A stretch of 27,349 nucleotides of DNA from a virus (taxonomy: Duplodnaviria > Caudoviricetes). A program made the position numbers and the translations under genes. The notes under the pieces were generated by a model, which ran no database searches, was not told the origin of the DNA, and saw only the letters and a program-made list of their open reading frames with translations. Location of the stretch: positions 1-27,349 of the IMG/VR virus record IMGVR_UViG_3300032283_000156. The stretch is one strand, 5' to 3'. Below are positions 15,943-24,140 of this stretch, piece after piece (within the stretch, counting starts at the first letter, position 1; every line of letters starts with the position of its first letter).

Positions 15943-16449
15943 TCAGCCCTTTCGCCCCCTGTATTTGATCTTCCCAGATACGAACGCCAGCACCGTATTG
16001 TTCAGCACTTCGATGGCCCGAGACTGCACGCTTGGCTCAGTGACTGCTTGCTTGACGAAGTCTCGCCCGCTGATTGGCTTGACGTTGATCCTACCCCGTG
16101 CCTTCGTCCTTCTCGTGCCAGATGTGCCACTCACCACAAACCAGCGGTACCATGCGCCCTTCATGTCGCCCCGGCTCTTGCCAGCGCGCACGCCAACGAC
16201 GGCGGCTGGGCGGTTGAACTTCGCCTTGCGCGCAGCGACTGCACCCTTCAGGCGTCCAGTGCGCACGGGAGCCTTCGCCTTAACTGGCTTCACCATGGTG
16301 CGTGCAGCGTTCAACGTGGCGAGCTGCAACATAGCCTTGAACTTTTTCGGGTTGCTTGATTCCATGAAGCCAAGGCGCACGTCGTCAATAGACTTCAACG
16401 ATTGCGGAGTGACGAAGATTCTGACCTTCTCATTACCTTTTGGCGCCAC
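15943..16449 (-). CDS. HK97 gp10-like neck / tail-completion protein
   Basis: Basic protein with KAKAPVRTGRLKGAV and WYRWFVVSGT..GRDFVKQA. Confidence 0.75.
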   Translation of the reverse strand: MAPKGNEKVRIFVTPQSLKSIDDVRLGFMESSNPKKFKAMLQLATLNAARTMVKPVKAKAPVRTGRLKGAVAARKAKFNRPAAVVGVRAGKSRGDMKGAWYRWFVVSGTSGTRRTKARGRINVKPISGRDFVKQAVTEPSVQSRAIEVLNNTVLAFVSGKIKYRGRKG

Positions 16450-16639
16450 GCTTCACGTCCTTCGGCTGCATCTCGGCGTAGAGTGCCCACGCTTTCAAGA
16501 CGGAGTGTAGCGGCGCTTCTTCAACTTCCCAAGGAAACTTGCCGAACTCCTTCGCCAAGATGTGGAAGATGATCTCAGGGCTCGGCTTGACTGATTGCCC
16601 AAGGCTGATCTGCCGGGCGGCAAGCCTTACTCTTTTGGG
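16433..16639 (-). CDS. -1 frameshift extension of the tail assembly chaperone (gpGT-like, 161 aa total)
   Basis: Slippery C CCA AAA at 16639-16633; the -1 frame is open for 66 more codons to TAA 16435-16433 and fills an otherwise empty gap. Confidence 0.8.
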   Translation of the reverse strand, partial: PKRVRLAARQISLGQSVKPSPEIIFHILAKEFGKFPWEVEEAPLHSVLKAWALYAEMQPKDVKRGAKR

Positions 16640-16917
16640 AGTGCTGCCGCCTGCGTGATGAACTGCGTGGCTGCGTTTTCAAGTGCCTGAACTGGGGCCT
16701 CAAGCGGGTCGCTCGTTGGCTTGCCGTCAAGGTCACTCCAGCCTTCCACGCTGAGGATCATCTTCGTGTACGCCTGAAGGCGTGTCGCCATTGACTCGCT
16801 CTCAAGGTCGATCAGCACTCGCGCGCTGATGCGGGTCAACGGGCGGAAGATTGCCGTCCAGCCCGTGAAGTCTCCGTCTAGGTGAACGATCACGGGATCA
16901 GTTGCAGTGCCTGCCAT
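16627..16917 (-). CDS. Tail assembly chaperone (gpG-like)
   Basis: Follows tail tube gene, GGAGGAG SD, ends at a slippery site. Confidence 0.8.
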   Translation of the reverse strand: MAGTATDPVIVHLDGDFTGWTAIFRPLTRISARVLIDLESESMATRLQAYTKMILSVEGWSDLDGKPTSDPLEAPVQALENAATQFITQAAALPKE

Positions 16918-16949
16918 TTGCTCCTCCTCCCCGCTAGGTGCGGGCTACT

Positions 16950-17963
16950 TTATGGACGCGCTGAGAGTGGTGAATCCACCCAGCAGAGAACCGAGTTCGT
17001 GCCGTTGCTGGCGAGCTGCAGAGTTGCAGTATTCAGGATGAGCCCGTCGCTCTCGGAGCCGATCACTGAGACGGACTCAAGGATGCCGCAGACGTTGGCA
17101 GTGAAGCCGTAGCCGTTGGCGTCTACGCCGTACACCTGCACGAACTTAGTGGTGCCGATGTCGGCAACTGGGAAGGTGCTCGTGGCGGCGCTGTTCGATG
17201 CGATCGTCAACTCAAGCGTGCCGTCCAGCGCGCCCGTGTAGGCGACGCCGCCAGCGTTCACGTTCGTCGTTGAGCCGTTGAGAACCTGCAGCGGGGCAGC
17301 GCCCGGCATCAGGCTCAGGCTCCAGTTGGTGATGTAGCTGGAGTAGGCGCTGGCACCCGTGCCCGCCTTGTCCGTGATCATGGTGCTCTTGGTCTTGAGT
17401 CCGAAGAGTCGCCCCGGCACGAAGTACTGCGTGGCGAAGGCGGCGGTGCTGGTGTCGTTGGTGCTGCTCAGTGCGCGCCCTGCCCATGTGGTGCCCATCT
17501 GAAGAAGGCCCGACTGGTCGGCGCTCAGGGTAATCTCAGTTGGCACGCAGCCGTCGATGATGAACTTCTGCACGCCGTCCGTGACGTAGAGCGAGTACGT
17601 CTTCAGCGTGTCAACGTCCGTCTGGCTTGGAGCGTATGCCCAAGTGTACGGGCCAGCGCCCGACGGGGTGATGGTGGCGAGTGAGTCGAAGACGATTGGC
17701 AGCGTGCGGAGTGACGCAGGCGCTTCGCCGAAGGTGACGACTGGAGCCTTCGCGGTGATGGTTGCCGAAGCAGCCACGCGGCGTGGGCGGATGCCGACGC
17801 TCTTATCATCAGCCAAGTCAACGACAACGCCCGGGTCAACGATGCCGACGATGTCTGTGTGGAGCAGCTCGCCTGCTGAATCGCTGAACGTGGCAGGGGT
17901 GCCGTAGACGTCGCTCTTGACGACGACCTTCGTGAACGACTTGGCGCCTAGGGTCACTGCCAC
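16950..17963 (-). CDS. Major tail tube protein
   Basis: 337 aa, Thr/Ser/Gly-rich, YGTPAT N-terminal motif, position before chaperone and tape measure. Confidence 0.82.
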   Translation of the reverse strand: MAVTLGAKSFTKVVVKSDVYGTPATFSDSAGELLHTDIVGIVDPGVVVDLADDKSVGIRPRRVAASATITAKAPVVTFGEAPASLRTLPIVFDSLATITPSGAGPYTWAYAPSQTDVDTLKTYSLYVTDGVQKFIIDGCVPTEITLSADQSGLLQMGTTWAGRALSSTNDTSTAAFATQYFVPGRLFGLKTKSTMITDKAGTGASAYSSYITNWSLSLMPGAAPLQVLNGSTTNVNAGGVAYTGALDGTLELTIASNSAATSTFPVADIGTTKFVQVYGVDANGYGFTANVCGILESVSVIGSESDGLILNTATLQLASNGTNSVLCWVDSPLSARP

Positions 17964-17966
17964 GAT

Positions 17967-18161
17967 TTACTCCTTCTCTTGGGTTGTCGCCGTCTTGGCG
18001 TTGGGCTTATTGTCTACGATTTCTACGAGCCCGCTGGCGTGCAGCGATGTGGCAACTGCGGCGTCCAGTTCGACAACGTCGTCAGACGCTGGGAGGTAGG
18101 GGTTGCCCTCAGCGCGGGGCTGAACAACCTTCACCAGTAGCGTGCGAAGCGTATCAGGCAC
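17967..18161 (-). CDS. Small hypothetical virion-module protein
   Basis: 64 aa, tiles between terminator and tube genes. Confidence 0.7.
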   Translation of the reverse strand: MPDTLRTLLVKVVQPRAEGNPYLPASDDVVELDAAVATSLHASGLVEIVDNKPNAKTATTQEKE

Positions 18162-18591
18162 TGACGTTTACTCCCTCAAGAATACTCACCTGCAGCTCAG
18201 CCGTGATCGTGAGATACGTCACGTCGCTCCATGTGTCAGTGCCAATGGTAGTGCTTGCAACGATCGCCTGAGCCACGCCCGCTGTGTTCAGTTGCACCTG
18301 CCCGTCGAAGACGCCGCGCAGCCAAGTCCGCCACGTCAGGAGGTCTGCGTACTTGCGAGCCATGTCCGCCTGATCCTGCGTGTAGATGGTCACGCTGACC
18401 GTCAGCACGGTGGTGCGGCTGCCACCCGTACCGTAGCTGATGGAGTCGCCGCCGGGGATGCAGACGGCTGCAGGCACCACGGCGAGATTGTCGGGCGGTG
18501 TGGCGTGTGCTGCTCGGAGGCTGTAGCCTGCTGGCGGGTTGACGCTGCGCAGTCGTTCAGCGACTGCTTCGTGGATGGTCAGGTCAGTCAC
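18154..18591 (-). CDS. Tail terminator-like protein
   Basis: 145 aa, IHEAVAERL N-terminal helix then PAAVCIP and beta-rich body; position before tube. Confidence 0.65.
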   Translation of the reverse strand: MTDLTIHEAVAERLRSVNPPAGYSLRAAHATPPDNLAVVPAAVCIPGGDSISYGTGGSRTTVLTVSVTIYTQDQADMARKYADLLTWRTWLRGVFDGQVQLNTAGVAQAIVASTTIGTDTWSDVTYLTITAELQVSILEGVNVSA

Positions 18592-18716
18592 TCTGGGGCC
18601 TCCTCAGGCATCCGCTCATTCTTGCCGATAATCTCGCCAGTCTCTGCGTCTCGGACGATCTCGGTGAGCATACCAGTCTGCTCGTCTAGGTAGGCTGGCT
18701 CAGTGATGACTGGCAT
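18588..18716 (-). CDS. 42-aa acidic protein (not in ORF track)
   Basis: Hand translation MPVITEPAYLDEQTGMLTEIVRDAETGEIIGKNERMPEEAPE; TAATG and GTGA overlaps. Confidence 0.75.
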   Translation of the reverse strand: MPVITEPAYLDEQTGMLTEIVRDAETGEIIGKNERMPEEAPE

Positions 18717-20167
18717 TAGGATACCTCCGCAAAGAAACCGCCCAAGGTGCCGCTGGCTCCTCCTGTTGATGGTGTCGAAAGATCAGATTCGCTCGTGTCG
18801 TTGTAGACCGCGGTGCCAGTTGCAGCGTTCGCTGTGGTAGCAAATCTGGTCGTTGCCGTCAGAAGCGTTGCAGGCGTGGACGCTACCTGAATAACCGAAA
18901 GGAAGTATTCGGTGCCAGCAGTCATTGTGTAAGTTGCAGGGTAGCCACCTGTCGTATCAAGCGCACGAGTGTACTTGGTGTTGGCTGCGGCAAAGATTGA
19001 TGTGTCTGATGCGGTGCGAGCGACGAGTGTGAAGGTCGTGCCGCTGCGCGTATAGATGCCGAAGCGAATGAGTGTTGGCACCGAAGCCGTGTTGCTAGAC
19101 GCGAAAGCAATGTTTGTCACGGTGAAATCTCTGTGCGGAATGATTCTGCTGTGAACGATTGTTCCGCTTGCAGGAGAACTAGTAGCCGTAAGCACGAATC
19201 TTGGAACAGTAGCAATAACTCCAGCCGCACCAAAGGTGTACGCCTCCCACCCTGCCGTGGCAATGTCATACGCCTTCTTGACGGCAGTTGGCGTAGCGGC
19301 AAGCACGCTGCTCGTAGTGCTGACCGAATCGCTGAGCTGCACCACGCCAGCCGCTGAAGTCGATGCAGAACTGACGCTGAGGTTGGCGCTTGTGCTCGTG
19401 CCAGCGTTTGTCAGTGGCGCATTGACTGCGACCACGCCAGATGGGCCTTGTGCGCCAGTTGCTCCAGTCGAACCTGTAGAGCCTGTGTCGCCCTTTGCTC
19501 CTTGAGGAATCGTGAAGTCAAAGACGGCTGCGCTCGATGTGCCGCTATTCGTGACGCTGGCTGAAGTGCCAGCAGCGCCTGTCGTCGTTGATCCAGCAGC
19601 AATGGTTGCAGCTGCACCAGCGTTGCCGGTGTCGCCCTTATCACCCTTCGCGCCAGTGGCACCTGTCGCCCCGGTCGCGCCTGTTGCACCAGTAGCGCCC
19701 TGAATACCCTGCGGGATGGTGAAGTTGAACACTGCTGCACTTGATGTTCCGACGTTCGTGACTGATGCGGAAGTGCCTGCTGCGCCCGTGGTGGTGCTGC
19801 CTGCTGCAACTGTAGCGGCTGCACCTGTAGCACCCGTGTCGCCTTTGTCGCCCTTGGCGCCCGTGGCACCAGTAGCACCCGTGGCGCCAGTAGCACCAGT
19901 CGATCCAGTGGCACCTACGTTGCCCCTAGGGATAGTGAAGTCCAGCACTGCTGAAGTAGACGTGCCTGAGTTGACAACGCTTGCGGAGGAGCCTGCAGCC
20001 CCGGTTGTCGTTGATCCAACGGCGACGCTGACGACTGTTGGGCCAGTGGCGCCCTGCGGGCCTGCGGCAGCAACCTCAACGGTCTGGGTGACTGGGGTCA
20101 GCGTCACCGTCTGATTGTCCTGCGTGACCTCAACGATCTGTTCGGTCTTCGTGACCGTCACGCTCAT
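18716..20167 (-). CDS. Collagen-like fibre protein with phage tail-fibre repeat
   Basis: G-X-Y runs alternating with three related modules (TxAxGSTTTGAAGxSASVxNxGTSxxAVxxFTIPxG); ASTSAAGVVQLSD..AATPTAVKKAYD fibre repeat. Confidence 0.88.
   Translation of the reverse strand: MSVTVTKTEQIVEVTQDNQTVTLTPVTQTVEVAAAGPQGATGPTVVSVAVGSTTTGAAGSSASVVNSGTSTSAVLDFTIPRGNVGATGSTGATGATGATGATGAKGDKGDTGATGAAATVAAGSTTTGAAGTSASVTNVGTSSAAVFNFTIPQGIQGATGATGATGATGATGAKGDKGDTGNAGAAATIAAGSTTTGAAGTSASVTNSGTSSAAVFDFTIPQGAKGDTGSTGSTGATGAQGPSGVVAVNAPLTNAGTSTSANLSVSSASTSAAGVVQLSDSVSTTSSVLAATPTAVKKAYDIATAGWEAYTFGAAGVIATVPRFVLTATSSPASGTIVHSRIIPHRDFTVTNIAFASSNTASVPTLIRFGIYTRSGTTFTLVARTASDTSIFAAANTKYTRALDTTGGYPATYTMTAGTEYFLSVIQVASTPATLLTATTRFATTANAATGTAVYNDTSESDLSTPSTGGASGTLGGFFAEVS
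19440..20065 (-). repeat. Coding tandem repeats (collagen triplets and three related modules)
   Basis: Degenerate 9-nt periodicity (gcacccgtg/gcaccagta) and repeated gtcgcc(c/t)tt units. Confidence 0.8.
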
Positions 20168-20517
20168 CGCGTCACCTCAGGCGAGACAGTCGCAGCTCCT
20201 TCCAATAGTCGAGTAACGACGCCACCACCTGAAACAAGTTCCAAGTCCCAGACGCCAGCCCACGGCGCAGTCAGCGCAGCGGTGACCGTGGCAGATGCGG
20301 TGATCGCAATGGTGCCAGCGGCGCCGCCCAGCGTGATGCCTGAGCTGCTCGTCAGGCTGAGGATGGTGCTGGTAGCGTCATAGGCTGAACGCACCTGCAT
20401 GCGAGCCGTGTATCCCGTCAGGTTGATGACTGCTTCGGTGGAGTCCTTCCACGTCGCAGTCAGCGAGAGCGTTGCGCCCTGCTTGATCTCAAGGTCATAG
20501 CGGTTGCCAAGTGCCAT
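20164..20517 (-). CDS. Small beta-sandwich virion protein (probable fibre adaptor)
   Basis: YDLEIKQGAT..INLTGYTARMQVR..VWDLEL..VTRLLEG..VSPEVTR pattern, commonly found before fibre genes. Confidence 0.65.
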   Translation of the reverse strand: MALGNRYDLEIKQGATLSLTATWKDSTEAVINLTGYTARMQVRSAYDATSTILSLTSSSGITLGGAAGTIAITASATVTAALTAPWAGVWDLELVSGGGVVTRLLEGAATVSPEVTR

Positions 20518-21119
20518 CAGATTGCCAAGCCTCCCCGTAGTCGATAGGCGTCAAGCAAGGCTCGGGCTTCAGGGTGCAGGGCTGCGCTCATGCGCAACAC
20601 GCCGCCAAGCGATTCGCTCCCGACGGCGCCGAAGGGTGCAGTGCGACTGGCGAAGATGGCACCACACTGGATCAGGGCTGCCTGCTTCACTGCTGCTGGG
20701 ACTGAGGGCCAGCCGAAGGTGCCAGTGACCTTGACCTCAAGGTATCCCGTCGGGAAGTTCAACTGCGCACTGCTGAACGGGCTGACGTCGATCTCCGTGT
20801 ATGGGCGGGAGTCCAGCGACGCATTGCGTGGTGCCAGTACGTAGTCAGTCGATGACCACGTCTGGGAGTAGGTGCCCGTCCCGTTGATGTCCGTCGCCAG
20901 CGCGCTGACGGTGACGATCGGATCAGTCAGCACGAAGTCCCAGCGGCTTGCCGTGTAGTAGCGCGTCTGGCTGGACGTGACGCCGAACCCAACCTTCGTG
21001 TCAACGTAGTTGTTGATGAGTTGGTCAGCAGCGTCAAGGCATGACTGGATGGCACTATCGTCTGCTGAGTCAGTGATCCCCAGACTCGACTTGGCTTCCG
21101 AAAGTGTGGCGTAGCTCAT
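20517..21119 (-). CDS. Head-tail adaptor (HK97 gp6 / SPP1 gp15-like)
   Basis: MSYATLSEAKSSLGI..D..I..AA..I..Y; FGWPSVPAAVKQAALI; LLDAYR. Confidence 0.88.
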   Translation of the reverse strand: MSYATLSEAKSSLGITDSADDSAIQSCLDAADQLINNYVDTKVGFGVTSSQTRYYTASRWDFVLTDPIVTVSALATDINGTGTYSQTWSSTDYVLAPRNASLDSRPYTEIDVSPFSSAQLNFPTGYLEVKVTGTFGWPSVPAAVKQAALIQCGAIFASRTAPFGAVGSESLGGVLRMSAALHPEARALLDAYRLRGGLAI

Positions 21120-21379
21120 CAGTTGCCCACCGTCATGAGGGTGACCGTCTGGGTGCCCGAGTTGCTCACGGCATACAGTGCGTCACTGGCGCGCAGGTTG
21201 AATGTCTGAGGGCCAGCGGCTGAGTCAAGGCGCATCCCGGTGCTGCTGCTGACGGATGAGTCGCCGAGCCAGATGGTGACCTGCGTGTGCAAGTAGACGA
21301 TGCAGCCGTCAACGTCAGCCTGCACGAGCAGCGTCGGCGTGGATGCGTTGATGCTTTTCTGAACGCTTGCAACTGCCAT
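21119..21379 (-). CDS. Small beta-rich hypothetical virion protein
   Basis: 86 aa, tiles between neighbours in the head module. Confidence 0.7.
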   Translation of the reverse strand: MAVASVQKSINASTPTLLVQADVDGCIVYLHTQVTIWLGDSSVSSSTGMRLDSAAGPQTFNLRASDALYAVSNSGTQTVTLMTVGN

Positions 21380-21610
21380 TTAGTTTCTCCCCTTGCGTGG
21401 CTTGGAGGTTGTCTTCGGGAGTGTAGCGCGCTCAGGCTCCTGCTCAAGCGTTGCACGCTCCTGCACTTGTGGAGCAGGCACTGGCACGGCGTAGCCGTGG
21501 CTGATGAGGTTGATGGCTTCGCTGGTTGGCAAGTCAATCTCGCCGCCAATGGCGGGCCATGGCTGCCCGTTGCGGGTGCCGTCTAGTCGATAGATGAGTC
21601 GCACTTTCAT
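21380..21610 (-). CDS. Small post-capsid protein
   Basis: GGAGG SD; WPAIGGEIDLPTSEAINLISHGYA with basic tail. Confidence 0.75.
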   Translation of the reverse strand: MKVRLIYRLDGTRNGQPWPAIGGEIDLPTSEAINLISHGYAVPVPAPQVQERATLEQEPERATLPKTTSKPRKGRN

Positions 21611-21630
21611 GTTGCCCTCCTGCTAATGGT

Positions 21631-21694
21631 GACGGGGAGCCGAGCCGAAGCCCGACTCCCCGCCGCCTGCGAGTCTAGTCCCGAAGGATTAGAC
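21631..21694 (-). terminator. Two tandem C(UUCG)G stem-loops after the capsid gene
   Basis: GTCTAATCC-TTCG-GGACTAGAC (21694-21673) and 15-bp GGCGGGGAGTCGGGC-TTCG-GCTCGGCTCCCCGTC (21664-21631). Confidence 0.7.
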
Positions 21695-22822
21695 GTTCGC
21701 GCCCTTGAACGTCTTGACGGCGTTCGGGTCAATGAGTCCCGTTGCACCACGAAGGATGCCGCGGTAGCTCACGAGCCCTGCGCCGAAGGCGAAGGAGCGG
21801 TCTGCTTCGATTGCAGGAGCGCCCGCAATCACGGTGTAGATAGCGCCAAGGTCGCCGAAGGCGATCGAGAGAGCTTCGTCACCGTTGTCAGCCAACGCGG
21901 CTGAATAGACTGGGAAGCCAAGGATCGTGTCTGGGCGAGTCTGATCGCCCGGCACGAAGATTGGGCGGCTTGCGCCGTCAACGAGTCCCATGACGCCACC
22001 AAGCGTGGTGTCGTTCATGAGGAAGCCGCGCTTCGCAGCGCGACGATACTGCTGCTTCACCGAATAAATCAGCTCGAGCAGGTTGGCATACGTCGGGGTG
22101 ACGGCTGAGCCCTGCTTGCCTACGGTTGCCGCGGCAGCAACTGCAGGAGCCGCAACGGCTCCATGTGCTACTGCTAGTTCGGCAGCCAGCTTCTCAGTGG
22201 CCCATGAGGCTACGTCGAACATCTGGTCTTGAACAGTCTCGACCCCTACCTGCAAAATGCTGGCGTATTTCACCGCCGTCAAACTCAGGCTTGAGCTCGT
22301 CCCGTCGGACTCGCCGACGTTTGAGCCCTCATTCACGCTGGCTGCAGTGCCTAGAGCCGTGGTGCGCGGGAGCGCAATCACATTGCCCTTGGCAACCTGA
22401 AGCACGGTGACAACGGCTGGGTCGACGAACGGGTTGACCTGACCGGCTGTGATCCAGAAACGGTCTCCCTGCTCGACTGCCTGCGTGAAGGTCGACTTCG
22501 TGATGTCACGAAGCTCAACCTCACCACCCTCACGGGCGATGCGGCGAAGTTCAGCGGAAAGGTCGCGCGTCGACTCAGTCGCAGGAGCGAAGGCAACTGC
22601 CTTCTCCGCGCGAGCAGCGTCGGCTGCGGCACGGGCCTCAGCAGCGATCTTCTCGGACTGGATGGCGGAAGCGACAACTGACGCCTCCGAAGTAAGGGCG
22701 TCAAAACGAGCCTGAGCCTCAGCCGTAAGGGCTTCGCCCTTGGCTGCATGCTCTGCAACGATGCCCGAAGCATCAGTCAGCAGCGCGGCGCGCTTCTCAG
22801 CCAGATTCTTGATGCTGTCCAT
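21689..22822 (-). CDS. Major capsid protein, HK97 fold with N-terminal delta (scaffold) domain, 377 aa
   Basis: Ala/Glu-rich coiled-coil N-terminus; FLMNDTT..LVDGASRPIF..PDTILGFPV..FGDL; AAGGAG SD before ATG 22822. Confidence 0.95.
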   Translation of the reverse strand: MDSIKNLAEKRAALLTDASGIVAEHAAKGEALTAEAQARFDALTSEASVVASAIQSEKIAAEARAAADAARAEKAVAFAPATESTRDLSAELRRIAREGGEVELRDITKSTFTQAVEQGDRFWITAGQVNPFVDPAVVTVLQVAKGNVIALPRTTALGTAASVNEGSNVGESDGTSSSLSLTAVKYASILQVGVETVQDQMFDVASWATEKLAAELAVAHGAVAAPAVAAAATVGKQGSAVTPTYANLLELIYSVKQQYRRAAKRGFLMNDTTLGGVMGLVDGASRPIFVPGDQTRPDTILGFPVYSAALADNGDEALSIAFGDLGAIYTVIAGAPAIEADRSFAFGAGLVSYRGILRGATGLIDPNAVKTFKGANV

Positions 22823-22928
22823 GTTGGACTCCTTCATCTCTATCTGGGTTTACACAATACGCCGAGCCACCTATCCGACGCTTCTGATGATCAGCCAGAA
22901 GAACCGTGGCGCGTGGGCTGTCGGGAGT

Positions 22929-24140
22929 TTATCCCTTCAACTGCTCCAACTTCAGGCGGGCTGCCACAATGGTGTGGTGCTCGCCAGCCGGGGCAGTTGC
23001 TTCAATCACTGGCTCGGGTGCTGCGCCTAGCTTGGCGCGCACTGCATCGAGCAGCGCCGTCTGATCAGCGTCAAGAGTGTTGCCAGCCTTGACGGCTTCA
23101 AGAGTCTCAACCAGAGCGTCTCCGTCCACGCCGATCTTGCTCGGCGCAATCTTGCGCACGGCGCTCAGTCCAAGCGTTGCAGGGTAGGCGGGCGTGTGTC
23201 CCGATAGGATTGAGACCTCAAGAAGCCCGACTTCAGTCAGCGTGCGACTGCCGTCTTCGTGCCACTGCTGCCCGTTTTTGGGCACGGTGAATCCGAAGGA
23301 CTGGCCCATCGCCTTGGCTTCGTGCTGCAGCTTGCTGATGATTGCGGCGGCGTCTGGGTCGGCTGGGTCAAGGCGTGCTTCAACCTTGAGCCCGACCTCA
23401 TCCTCAGTCAACTGCAGGCGCCCGCTCGCGGTCGTTGCCAGCATGCGGCTCTCATCATGACCATGCAAGAATCGGATCACGCGGCGCCCCTGCTCCGCCT
23501 GCTTGATTGCACGGGCGAAGGCACCCTTGGCGATTCGCTCGATGAAGGGCAGCCCCTGCGATTCGGAGTTGAAGACGGCAGCGTATCCAGTGAACGTCTT
23601 CTGTCCGTCTTCGCCTTCGGTGACCGTAAAGTCGCCAAGCGGCAGTGCGCGTGTTTCGTGCTCTCGTGCCATTGAGTTCTCCTCAAGCTGCGTCGTGCCC
23701 CCAATACTATCTGGTGAATCGTCAACTGAATCGGCGGGTGGTGTGGCACTGATTGCCAGAGCCTGCTCCGGGCTGAACGCCTTGATGCCCAAGCCTGCAG
23801 CCATGACGCGCACGTCTTCGTCATTGTCAACGGCGTATGCTATCTCGTCGGCGCCGTACTCTTCAAGGAGCAGCCCATACTTGTATGTCTTGAACGCAAG
23901 CCCAGTTTCAAACGCGCTGCCATCAAAGTCATTGAGGTGCACCTGCTCAACTCCAGCCACGCCGTACTCCTGCAGCCATGCTCGGCTTTCAGTAAGGCGG
24001 TCAATCTTTCGGGCGCTGACGACAATCAGTTCAACGTCACCCGCCATGACCTGATCGTTGAGGTGCTTGATGAGCGGCTCGTTGGGCTGATCGTTGTCAA
24101 GGATCAGCGTGCCGTCTAGGTCAACGATGACGTAGCTCAC
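22929..24140 (-). CDS. HAD-family phosphatase domain fused to HK97-type prohead protease
   Basis: N-terminus DLDGT, SAR, K, VDND; C-terminus FTGYAAVFNS, FIERIAKGAF, LHGHD, QSFGF, LLEVSI..PAYPAT; second SD plus ATG at 23672. Confidence 0.88.
   Translation of the reverse strand: MSYVIVDLDGTLILDNDQPNEPLIKHLNDQVMAGDVELIVVSARKIDRLTESRAWLQEYGVAGVEQVHLNDFDGSAFETGLAFKTYKYGLLLEEYGADEIAYAVDNDEDVRVMAAGLGIKAFSPEQALAISATPPADSVDDSPDSIGGTTQLEENSMAREHETRALPLGDFTVTEGEDGQKTFTGYAAVFNSESQGLPFIERIAKGAFARAIKQAEQGRRVIRFLHGHDESRMLATTASGRLQLTEDEVGLKVEARLDPADPDAAAIISKLQHEAKAMGQSFGFTVPKNGQQWHEDGSRTLTEVGLLEVSILSGHTPAYPATLGLSAVRKIAPSKIGVDGDALVETLEAVKAGNTLDADQTALLDAVRAKLGAAPEPVIEATAPAGEHHTIVAARLKLEQLKG

Noticed and set aside
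19440-20065. Possible CRISPR array or DGR template/variable repeats
   Set aside because: Repeats are degenerate, in frame and explained by collagen coding; no unique spacers, no adenine-specific variation noticed, no reverse transcriptase.
22884-22890. CTGATGA hammerhead-like core on the plus strand
   Set aside because: No stem II followed by GAAA, and it is antisense to transcription; the minus-strand fold also lacks HDV ribozyme consensus nucleotides.
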